A stretch of DNA of 64,000 nucleotides from Bacteroidales bacterium (GTDB lineage: Bacteria > Bacteroidota > Bacteroidia > Bacteroidales > P3), in the NCBI GenBank assembly GCA_024400495.1, contig JAKSMR010000003.1, positions 5,862-69,861 on the forward strand. The letters are read 5' to 3'. Position 1 is the stretch's first letter; every line of letters starts with the position of its first letter. Below are positions 10,652 through 18,552 of the stretch, piece after piece. The notes beneath the pieces are model-generated. The model saw only the letters and a program-made list of their open reading frames with translations, did not search any database and had not been told where the DNA came from. Made by a program: the position numbers and the translations under genes.

Positions 10652-10804
10652 TACAAACTGCAAAGATACGAAGATTTTGCGAATTGGCAAAAATAAAGCT
10701 TGCTTTTATTTTGCCAGTTTGTAGCACAATCCGGTATCTTCACCGAAGGTAAAGATACAAAAAACGAATGAAACTACAAAATAATTATTGCGAAGCAATC
10801 CGAA
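10652..10804. repeat. Left copy of a ~153-bp inverted repeat bounding the accessory island
   Basis: Its reverse complement aligns end to end with 15861..16013, about 90 percent identical by eye. It contains CAAAGATA (10661-10668), which is a TATCTTTG -7 box on the minus strand facing the protease gene. Confidence 0.85.
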
Positions 10805-11332
10805 ATTTCCATTTGAGAAAAAATTGCTTTTCGGGGCAATAAAACGAATAGCAACAGCGTTTCTAAAAGGAGCGTCCATAAGCTGGCCTATGAGACCGGG
10901 AGTCACAAAGCCGAGAGCAGAAGCAAAACCGGTTTTGATTTTGCCGAGGCCAGGTGACGTAGGCGAATGCCAAGAGCAGAAACGACCTGAATGTAGTGAA
11001 AAACGTTTCTATAAAAAAGTTGACAAATGCCTTTTTGATGCCGGGAATGGCCGATAAAGCCTTTCTGTTTTTCTGAAGGTTCGTTCAGTAAACTTCGCGT
11101 TCCATCAGCAGGCATACTGATACTGGAAGAAGAGGGCTCGAAAATGCGGTGTCTTTGTGCTTACAGGAAATCATTTACAAAGATGCTCGTTTTCAGTCAC
11201 TTGGCCAAATTCTTAAAGTTTAAAAATACTTAATTAAAACATTAATAATCAAATCGTTGAACTAAAAAATCCGGAGTATTGAGTAATTGATTGTTTATGA
11301 AAAAAATCCTTTTATATATCAAATATTTTTGT

Positions 11333-11902
11333 CACTACTGTCCAATAAAAGTTGGCTAATCGATCTTTGAAATAATTGAAATATAGTCTTTTAAGCGTAT
11401 TTTTGAAATGAAACGGATTTGAATTTGTAATTTTGCAGTCAAATAGAAGACTGCATATGAACCAAGACAAATACGTTTTTGCTCAACTTACCGCCTTTTT
11501 GAACAGAACACAGTTTAACAACTACGTTCGTAAGTATGATGGAAACCGCTATGTGAAGCAATTCACTTGTTGGAACCAGTTGCTTGCAAGGTGGAACTGT
11601 TCTTCAAATGGCTCAAACAGCATCTTAAGATAAAGAGATTTTGGGGAACAACAGAGAATGCTGTCCGCATACAAATCAGTGTGGCTATTATCACATACTG
11701 TCTCGTGGCTATTGTCCATCACGACATGAGATTGGAGCGCTCAACCTATGAGATCCTCAGCATCTCATTGACAGACAAAGCACGCTTGCGTGACCTGTTC
11801 GATAAGACTAATTTCAACGATGTCAAAGAGCTCGATTATCCCCTTTTTAAGGGACTATTTGATTAAATTAATTAATTCGTCCATTTTTATTGGACACTAA
11901 TG
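11333..11902 (+). mobile_element. Internally deleted IS4-family insertion sequence (MITE-like remnant) with intact termini
   Basis: Terminal inverted repeats are CACTACTGTCCAATAAAAG (left) and CATTAGTGTCCAATAAAAA (reverse complement of the right end). A 9-bp direct repeat TATTTTTGT abuts both ends (11324-11332 and 11903-11911). Confidence 0.8.
11457..11866 (+). pseudogene. IS4-family transposase remnant: N-terminal ~44 aa joined out of frame to C-terminal ~90 aa, with the DDE core missing
   Basis: MNQDKYVFAQLTAFLNRTQFNNYVRKYDGNRYVKQFTCWNQLLA resembles a DUF4372-type N-terminus. The frame switches near 11588 into ...VELFFKWLKQHLKIKRFWGTTENAVRIQISVAIITYCLVAIV, a transposase C-terminus. Confidence 0.75.
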
Positions 11903-12350
11903 TATTTTTGTTTTGCAACAACGGGGCTTTGCTTGATTTCTGTTCCTCTGTCCATTACATTCTTTTTTCTATGTTATGGGTATATACCTTCTTTTGATTC
12001 AGATAATGCTTTTGGCCAATCTACTATTATGAACGTATCTAGCCATCTTTGCTATTCAATCTTGCCATTGAGTGTTCTTATTACTTTTTTGCTTATTATG
12101 GTAGAGTCGATCGTCCTAAAAAAGTGCAGTGGCAGTCGCTTTATATTTGGTTTTCAGGTTTAATAGTTTCCATAATTTTGTTCACAATCCAAATACATGG
12201 TACGCCGTTTGTATGGTGGTTGTGGGATTAAAAGATGATGTAAGCAATACCACTAAAAAAGGGAATGCCTCAAAAAAAGTCTTTTACAGAAAAAACTGAC
12301 TCATCAAGACATAATTCCAACAAATTACAAAAAAATCGTATCTTTGCATC

Positions 12351-13238
12351 GTGAATCGCTCATACCTCACATATTACCCAATCACCCCCAATGCCACTCT
12401 TAGTAGCACTTTTGTTGACTCCTCTTTCACCGGAAAAGAGAAGGACGCCGAGAGCGGCTATCACTACTTCGGAGCTCGCTATTGTGACAGCGAGGCGCTG
12501 GCGGGATGGCTGAGTGCTGACCCGATGGCGGACAAGTATCTTGGTTTTTCTTCATATTGTAGATGGAACCCAGTTAAAAGGATTGATGTAGATGGACTTT
12601 TTGATACCGAAAAAGAAGCCCAGAAGGCTCACAAAAAGGCAGCAAAACGATTTGGGTCAGAAAGAGTGGGCGAAATATTTAATAGAGGGACTGAAAAAAA
12701 ACCTGATTATTCTTTCCTTGTCTATGGAGTTGGTAAGGATAATAAAACCCATGGTCAACGAGATGGGGTTTGGGCGTATCGACCGGACGAAACAATTAGT
12801 AACAAACGATCACTATGGCTTTATTCTTTAAAACAAAGGACAATTGGCATTTCCGTTTCGTTTTCTATTGGGGGTCAAGTGTCGGCAGGAATAACGATGG
12901 GAAAACACGTTGGTTTTAATGCAAATTTAAGTTCCGTGGATTTGTTTAGTCATAAGACCGAGTATTCCAGAATAAGACAATGGGATCATTATACATATCT
13001 GATTGACGATTATAATATTCATGGGAATAGGGGATTGGGGGTTAGTGTCTATGGAATTGATCTTGGATACAATTGCTCTTATGATGCTGTCGGTGAACGT
13101 ATAGACAAAGAGCCGATGTCTCATTCGGGTACTATTGGCCCCATACAATTTGGTACAAATGGGGAAGTATCAGTTGGTGTTGATGTTGCAATTATTTTTG
13201 GTATAAACGTACAAATTATCTCACGATATGCAAAATAA
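12351..13238 (+). CDS. Orphan Rhs/YD-repeat C-terminal tip 1: conserved core end plus variable toxin domain of unknown type
   Basis: FTGKEKDAESGYHYFGARYCDSEALAGWLSADPMADKY...NPVKRIDVDGL is the Rhs core end and the DPxGL-like boundary. About 212 aa of unrelated C-terminal sequence follows. The start (GTG) is uncertain and no upstream YD-repeat body exists. Confidence 0.8.
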   Translation: MNRSYLTYYPITPNATLSSTFVDSSFTGKEKDAESGYHYFGARYCDSEALAGWLSADPMADKYLGFSSYCRWNPVKRIDVDGLFDTEKEAQKAHKKAAKRFGSERVGEIFNRGTEKKPDYSFLVYGVGKDNKTHGQRDGVWAYRPDETISNKRSLWLYSLKQRTIGISVSFSIGGQVSAGITMGKHVGFNANLSSVDLFSHKTEYSRIRQWDHYTYLIDDYNIHGNRGLGVSVYGIDLGYNCSYDAVGERIDKEPMSHSGTIGPIQFGTNGEVSVGVDVAIIFGINVQIISRYAK

Positions 13239-13566
13239 TAAAAATGGACATATCTGTAGATTAAAAGTGCTAAAGAACAGATATTATTCCGGACCGATTG
13301 TTTCGTTCAAGGGAATCTCTTTTTTTTTCGCACTGTATAATCTTTATCTGTTTGCCTTGATTAAGATAAAAAGAATTAATAAGGCAGAAGTGTATAAATG
13401 TTGTATTTGTGGAAAATATGAGTGGAAGTGTCCAAATTGCAGTTCAGTAGAGGTGTTGGACGTCGTACCTCGCTTACATAAATGTAAGGAATGTGATAAG
13501 ATTTCTTATTTTGATCCATACATTAATTCTTTTATTCACCTCTTTCAAAATGGTAAAAGACCTTAG
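13228..13566 (+). CDS. Candidate cognate immunity protein of tip 1 (one TM helix plus CxxC zinc-ribbon-like region)
   Basis: The ATG overlaps the toxin stop by 11 nt. Hydrophobic helix ISFFFALYNLYLFALI. Cysteine pairs CCIC, CPNC and CKEC. Confidence 0.5.
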   Translation: MQNNKNGHICRLKVLKNRYYSGPIVSFKGISFFFALYNLYLFALIKIKRINKAEVYKCCICGKYEWKCPNCSSVEVLDVVPRLHKCKECDKISYFDPYINSFIHLFQNGKRP

Positions 13567-13759
13567 AAATAGTATGAAAGATAGGGAACTGGCATTTGTC
13601 CCACAAGAAAGGAATTACTGGAAATATCGTTTCAGAAGTTTCCAGCGCAGCTTTCGGATACGGAGCTGGTAAGGTGTACAGTACTGAAAAAAGATGATCC
13701 TTCAAGCATTCGATTGTCGTTTAAGCCCAACGAGTCTAAAAAAATCGTACTTTTGCATC

Positions 13760-14482
13760 GTGAATCAATCCACATCCACATATTGTCTAGCAACCTCAAA
13801 CGTCTCTTCGACCAGCGTAGCGAACGTAATTTGTTTCAACGCCAAACAGAAGGACCACGAAAGTGGATTCCATTACTACGGCGCAAGGTATTACGACAGC
13901 GAGCTGCTGACGGGGTGGCTGAGTGTGGACCCGATGGCGGATAAGTATCTTGGTTTGAGTCCATACAGCTATTGCGCACTAAATCCGGTGAAGTTGGTGG
14001 ATTCTGATGGAAGAGAAATTGATTTTTCTGGTATGTTTGATCAGAATGGCAACGCAAAGAAAGGATACGAATTGGCCTGCAAAGCATTACTTTTCTTTGC
14101 AAAAACCAGTTACGGACAGAAGGCTTTTGCCCGATTTGCAAAGAAAGGACAGACCATAGCGAGATATACTTATACTGAAGATGGTAAATATCACAATAAA
14201 GGTATCGATCTTAGTTTTAGAGTTGGCGAATTAAAAAATGGATATTCGGCCAGCGGAGAAACCGGATATGAAATGACCGGTAGCGGCAATACACGTAGAA
14301 TGAAGTTGACTATAGCACTTTGCAACCCTGTGGTGGCGAGTGATGATGATAATATTGCTAGTTATTTGCAGACATTTTGTCACGAAATGTATTTTCATGC
14401 ATATAACTTTGCCGCTGATTTTATTGATGACGGAGCTATAAATGACTTTGAAATACAAGAACAACTAAAAAAAATCTGGTAA
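13760..14482 (+). CDS. Orphan Rhs/YD-repeat C-terminal tip 2 with a different variable domain
   Basis: KDHESGFHYYGARYYDSELLTGWLSVDPMADKY...NPVKLVDSDGR sits at the same spacing from a GTG as in tip 1. The ~155-aa C-terminal domain contains FCHEMYFHAY. The tracked ORF begins at 13694; the start is uncertain. Confidence 0.8.
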   Translation: MNQSTSTYCLATSNVSSTSVANVICFNAKQKDHESGFHYYGARYYDSELLTGWLSVDPMADKYLGLSPYSYCALNPVKLVDSDGREIDFSGMFDQNGNAKKGYELACKALLFFAKTSYGQKAFARFAKKGQTIARYTYTEDGKYHNKGIDLSFRVGELKNGYSASGETGYEMTGSGNTRRMKLTIALCNPVVASDDDNIASYLQTFCHEMYFHAYNFAADFIDDGAINDFEIQEQLKKIW

Positions 14483-14654
14483 TAGAAATATGTGGCAAGA
14501 GGTGCAGGATTTGCGCTACAACCATTCGTATAGAGATAATGCTATTCCTATCATGTTAAAGTTTTTTGACAAAACAAAAAAACGAGAAGAGACAATTGAA
14601 AGGATGTCTAAACAGGGCTTGTATTTTAAACATTGTGATAATTGGTACAAAAAA

Positions 14655-15369
14655 ATGAGAACTCAGACATTTGTTTTATCTTTCTTATCGGTTATGCTTC
14701 TTACACAATGCAAGGGCCCGGTGCCCCCCCCGAGGCTACTACTGTGTAACCGATGGGTATTATAGACCAGCCTATATTTTTTATTACAATAACAGTTTGC
14801 ATAGCAATCCTTTCTTTTTGCTGAACGAGAGAGATTCTATCATGAATGTATTTCGAGAGGGGAAGGATGTCTTTGCTTTTTATGACGGGAACACAAGTAT
14901 AGATACGTTGCTTTTTACCGTTACCTATGGTTGTCAATCAACATACCATTTTGTCCTTACACCACCGTTATGCAAATTCTATGTGTATAACCCTGTTCGG
15001 TTGGTAGGAACTTATGAATTCACTCCAACCAAAACCGAGCAAGAATTAATTTCATTTGCAGTATCTCAACTGGACTTCGGAGACTCCATTCCAGACTTCA
15101 ACTCGTTCAAAAAACAGCCAGACAACGTAATAATAGAAGATGCATTCTTCTCATTACATGTTAAATCCGACAGAATAAATATTGACATATTTGCTCATCT
15201 TTATGCGGACGATATACCAGACGAAGTCTTCTTTCTGTCGGATGCTTTGGATGCTTTGGTGCATGACTATTGCAATCCTGTATATCGGACCATAGAGGAT
15301 CCTGGCGATAATGTGATGGAATCATTTGATAGAAAAATCTCAGGAAAATACATACCATCGATTCCTTAA
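14655..15369 (+). pseudogene. Lipoprotein gene (candidate immunity for tip 2) split by a frameshift at a C8 tract
   Basis: MRTQTFVLSFLSVMLLTQC is a signal peptide with a lipobox. The frame stops at 14765. The +1 frame continues for 212 codons from the C tract to 15369. Removing one C joins the two parts. Confidence 0.5.
14724..14731 (+). repeat. Homopolymeric C8 tract inside the split lipoprotein gene
   Basis: Read directly: gtg cccccccc gagg. Confidence 0.9.
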
Positions 15370-15504
15370 TGTGGCAATCAATGCATCTCTCCCTCTTAAA
15401 ACAGAAGGTTATTTAGAATAATTGAGCTCGACCTTTTGAATGGAAAACTTTGCAATACACAGATATAATCCAACGACTTTGATCGCTACTTCAATAGGTG
15501 CCGC

Positions 15505-15860
15505 TTTCCGGTTTACCTCCACCGGCAAAGAGAAGGATTCTGAGAGTGGTTATCATTACTTCGGTGCGAGGTACTATGATACTGATTTACTTACTGTTGA
15601 ATAAGTGTTGACCCGGTGGCGGATAAGTATCCGGGTATTAGTCCTTATGCCTATTGTGCGTGGAATCCGATGAAGTTGATAGATTCAGATGGGAGGGAGT
15701 TTGAAATGGATCCATATTTGTTTTCAATGGACTCGATAAAACACTACAAATATGGGACGATAACAATACCCCTGATGACTATACGGACGACCATTTCATT
15801 GGTGAGTATAAATCCCCTTCATCGCCTTGACAAGCAAGCTTGTCGGTCGAGCAAGGCTCT
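15505..15860 (+). pseudogene. Decayed orphan Rhs tip 3
   Basis: FRFTSTGKEKDSESGYHYFGARYYDTDLLTVE then a stop. The motif continues in another frame as VADKYPGISPYAYCAWNPMKLIDSDGREFEM. The variable domain is cut after ~70 codons by the right inverted repeat. Confidence 0.75.
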
Positions 15861-16013
15861 TTTCGGATTGCTTCGCAATAATTATTTTGTAGTTTCGTTC
15901 TGTTTTCGTATCTTTGCCTTCGGCGAAGATACCGGACTGTGCTACAAACTGGCAAAATTAAAGCGAACTTTATTTTTGCCAATTCGCAAAATCTTCGTAT
16001 CTTTGCAGTTTGT
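15861..16013. repeat. Right copy of the ~153-bp inverted repeat bounding the island
   Basis: Aligns with the reverse complement of 10652..10804. Carries TATCTTTG at 15997-16004 facing glyQS. Confidence 0.85.
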
Positions 16014-16121
16014 ATAAAGACCGATTTTGTAATTAATAATATCGTGTACGCGTGCAAATAAGGCAGTTAGATGAAATGCCGCCTTATGCGCAAGCGTGCG
16101 AAACTAAAATATATTTGAGCT

Positions 16122-17654
16122 ATGGCAAACCAAGAAGATGCTTTCAAGAAAGTGGTGTCCCACGCCAAAGAGTATGGTTTTATCTTCCCTTCAAGTGAGA
16201 TTTATGACGGTCTCGGCGCCGTGTATGATTATGGTCAGCTCGGTACCGAACTGAAGAACAATATCAAACAATACTGGTGGAAATCGATGGTACAGTATCA
16301 CGAGAACATCGTGGGTATCGACTCTGCCATCTTCATGCACCCCAAGATCTGGAAGGCTTCCGGACACGTGGATGCTTTCAACGACCCCCTCATCGACAAC
16401 AAAGACAGCAAGAAGCGCTATCGTGCCGACGTGCTGATTGAGGATCATATCGCCAAGATCGAGGAGAAGATAAACAAAGAGATCGAGAAAGCCAAGAAAC
16501 GCTTCGGCGAAGCTTTCGACGAGGCTCAGTTCCGTGCCACCAACGCCCGTGTGCTGGAGAACCAGGCCAAGATCGACGAAATCACCAACCGTTTCTCCGA
16601 GTGTCTCAACGCCAACGACCTCGAAGGTCTGCGTCAGCTCATCATCGACCTGGAGATTGCATGCCCCATCAGCGGCACCCGCAACTGGACCGAGGTGCGT
16701 CAGTTCAACCTTATGTTCGCCACCCAGATGGGTAGCGTCAGCGAAGGCAGCGACACCATCTACCTGCGTCCCGAAACGGCCCAGGGCATCTTCGTCAACT
16801 TCCTCAACGTGCAGAAGAGCGGCCGCATGAAGATCCCCTTCGGCATCGCCCAGATCGGAAAAGCATTCCGCAACGAGATCGTAGCCCGCCAGTTCATCTT
16901 CCGTATGCGCGAATTCGAGCAGATGGAGATGCAGTTCTTCGTACGTCCCGGAACCGAGCTGGAATGGTTCAAACATTGGAAAGAGGAGCGTCTGCGCTGG
17001 CATCTCGCCCTCGGCATCCCCGCAGAGAACTACCGCTACCACGACCACGAGAAGCTGGCACACTATGCCAATGCTGCCACCGACATCGAGTTCAAGTTCC
17101 CCTTCGGCTTCAAAGAGCTTGAAGGCATCCATAGCCGCACCAACTTCGACCTCACCCGTCATAGCGAGTTCAGCGGCAAGAAACTCCAGTATTTCGATGC
17201 CGAGCTCAACGAGAACTATACCCCCTACGTCATCGAGACCTCCATCGGCGTCGACCGTACGTTCCTCGCTGTATTCAGCCATGCCCTCAAGGATGAGGTG
17301 CTCGAAGACGGCAGCACCCGTACCGTGCTCAGCCTCCCTGCTGTTCTGGCTCCCTACAAGGCTGCCATCCTGCCTCTCGTGAAGAAGGACGGCCTGCCCG
17401 AGAAGGCTCGCGAGATCATGGACATGCTCAAGTACGACTTCATGATGCAGTATGACGAGAAGGACGCCATTGGCCGCCGCTATCGTCGTCAGGATGCCAT
17501 CGGAACCCCCTATTGCATCACCGTGGATAACGACACCCTTACCGACAATAGCGTGACCATCCGCGAACGCGACACCATGAAGCAGGAGCGCATCTCCATC
17601 GACAACCTCCGTGCCTACCTCCACGAACACATCCAGCCCATCAAGGTTGACTAA
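16122..17654 (+). CDS. glyQS: Glycine--tRNA ligase (single-chain dimeric class II type)
   Basis: 510 aa. N-terminus FKKVVSHAKEYGFIFPSSEIYDGLGAVYDYGQLG and class II motifs (FRNEI, GIGVDR-like SIGVDR). Confidence 0.96.
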   Translation: MANQEDAFKKVVSHAKEYGFIFPSSEIYDGLGAVYDYGQLGTELKNNIKQYWWKSMVQYHENIVGIDSAIFMHPKIWKASGHVDAFNDPLIDNKDSKKRYRADVLIEDHIAKIEEKINKEIEKAKKRFGEAFDEAQFRATNARVLENQAKIDEITNRFSECLNANDLEGLRQLIIDLEIACPISGTRNWTEVRQFNLMFATQMGSVSEGSDTIYLRPETAQGIFVNFLNVQKSGRMKIPFGIAQIGKAFRNEIVARQFIFRMREFEQMEMQFFVRPGTELEWFKHWKEERLRWHLALGIPAENYRYHDHEKLAHYANAATDIEFKFPFGFKELEGIHSRTNFDLTRHSEFSGKKLQYFDAELNENYTPYVIETSIGVDRTFLAVFSHALKDEVLEDGSTRTVLSLPAVLAPYKAAILPLVKKDGLPEKAREIMDMLKYDFMMQYDEKDAIGRRYRRQDAIGTPYCITVDNDTLTDNSVTIRERDTMKQERISIDNLRAYLHEHIQPIKVD

Positions 17655-17678
17655 CCATAGCGATTGGATTAAAATAAG

Positions 17679-17716
17679 CAAGCGGCTTTCCTAACGGGAA
17701 GGCCGCTTGTGTTTTT
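17679..17716. terminator. Bidirectional hairpin terminator between glyQS and the TrmH-family gene
   Basis: GCAAGCGGCTTTCC ... GGGAAGGCCGCTTGT stem with T runs on both strands. Confidence 0.6.
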
Positions 17717-17739
17717 GGAGTATTCTGCCTGTCGTCTTT

Positions 17740-18552
17740 TTATCTTGCCCTCAGCTGCCAGAAGGCTACGGCTGCGGCAGCAGCCACATTTAGCGAATCG
17801 ACGTTATTCTGCATGGGGATCTTCACCACATAGTCGGCATTATCTATGGCCGAGTGGGGGAGTCCGTCGCCCTCGGCTCCCATAACGATGGCCAGCTTCT
17901 CTTCTTGCATCAACGTCGCATCGTCGATGCTCACGGAGTTGTCGGTCAAAGCCATAGCGGCGGTCTTGAACCCCAGCTCATGGAGCTGCGAATAGAGACG
18001 AGGACCGATGCTGCCCACCTTACACCAGGGCACCTGGAAGATGGTACCCATGGAGACTCGCACACAACGGCGGTTCAAAGGGTCGCACGAGGTGTCGGTA
18101 ATCAGGACGGCGTCGATACCCAGAGCGGCAGAGGCACGGAAGATGGCTCCTGTATTGGTGGCGTTGACAACACCATCTACGACCACTATTCGTCTCTTTC
18201 CTGCACAGACCTCCTCAAGAGAGAGGGGCTTGGGACGGCGCATGGCGCAGAGGACGCCACGGGTGAGCTCGTAGCCCGTCAGTTTCTCCAGCAGCTGGCG
18301 GCTGCCGGTATAGACGGGTATATCGGGACAGAGGGCTATGATTTCTGCTGCGTCGCCTTCTATGTGCTTGGGTTCGCAGAGGAGCGAGAGAGGGGTATAT
18401 CCTGCCTGAAGACCTATGCGGATCACCTTGGGGCTTTCTGCGATGAAGATTCCTTTTTCTGGCTCCAGGCGGTTGCGAAGCTGGGTCTCGGTGAGCGAGG
18501 CGAAGACCTCTACTCCCGGATGGTCGAGAGAGTTGATTTCTATTACTGCCAT
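17740..18552 (-). CDS. SpoU/TrmH-family RNA 2'-O-methyltransferase
   Basis: 270 aa. NTGAIFRASAALG, IVMGAEGDGLP and SLNVAAAAAVAFW motifs of the SPOUT fold. Confidence 0.85.
   Translation of the reverse strand: MAVIEINSLDHPGVEVFASLTETQLRNRLEPEKGIFIAESPKVIRIGLQAGYTPLSLLCEPKHIEGDAAEIIALCPDIPVYTGSRQLLEKLTGYELTRGVLCAMRRPKPLSLEEVCAGKRRIVVVDGVVNATNTGAIFRASAALGIDAVLITDTSCDPLNRRCVRVSMGTIFQVPWCKVGSIGPRLYSQLHELGFKTAAMALTDNSVSIDDATLMQEEKLAIVMGAEGDGLPHSAIDNADYVVKIPMQNNVDSLNVAAAAAVAFWQLRAR

Noticed and set aside
10706-10906. 66-aa ORF (and the tail of ORF 15616-16017) encoding ...FGLLRNNYFVVSF.F.IF.FGEDTGLCYKLAK
   Set aside because: Both lie inside the two copies of the 153-bp inverted repeat, which carries promoter boxes and hairpins. 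The similarity of the peptides simply reflects the DNA repeat.
10805-11332. Possible transposase or gene remnant between the left repeat and the IS element (ORFs 10788-11057 plus strand, 10903-11115 minus strand)
   Set aside because: The two ORFs overlap on opposite strands and neither translation matches a family I recognise. A faint IET.F string is not enough to call an IS982-type remnant. I treat the region as degenerate sequence.
11900-12231. 87-aa and 60-aa hydrophobic ORFs right after the IS element as an immunity or membrane gene
   Set aside because: The first ATG is created by the IS terminus itself. The two ORFs are in different frames and the composition is AT-rich low complexity. 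It is plausibly a disrupted membrane-protein gene, but this is not supportable as a feature.
14490-14654. 55 codons upstream of and in frame with the lipoprotein start (MWQEVQDLRYNH...), as part of that gene or as a continuation of the tip 2 toxin
   Set aside because: A signal peptide would then be internal, which is implausible. The frame also differs from the toxin frame, so it cannot be a read-through extension. Its status as a separate small gene is unresolved.
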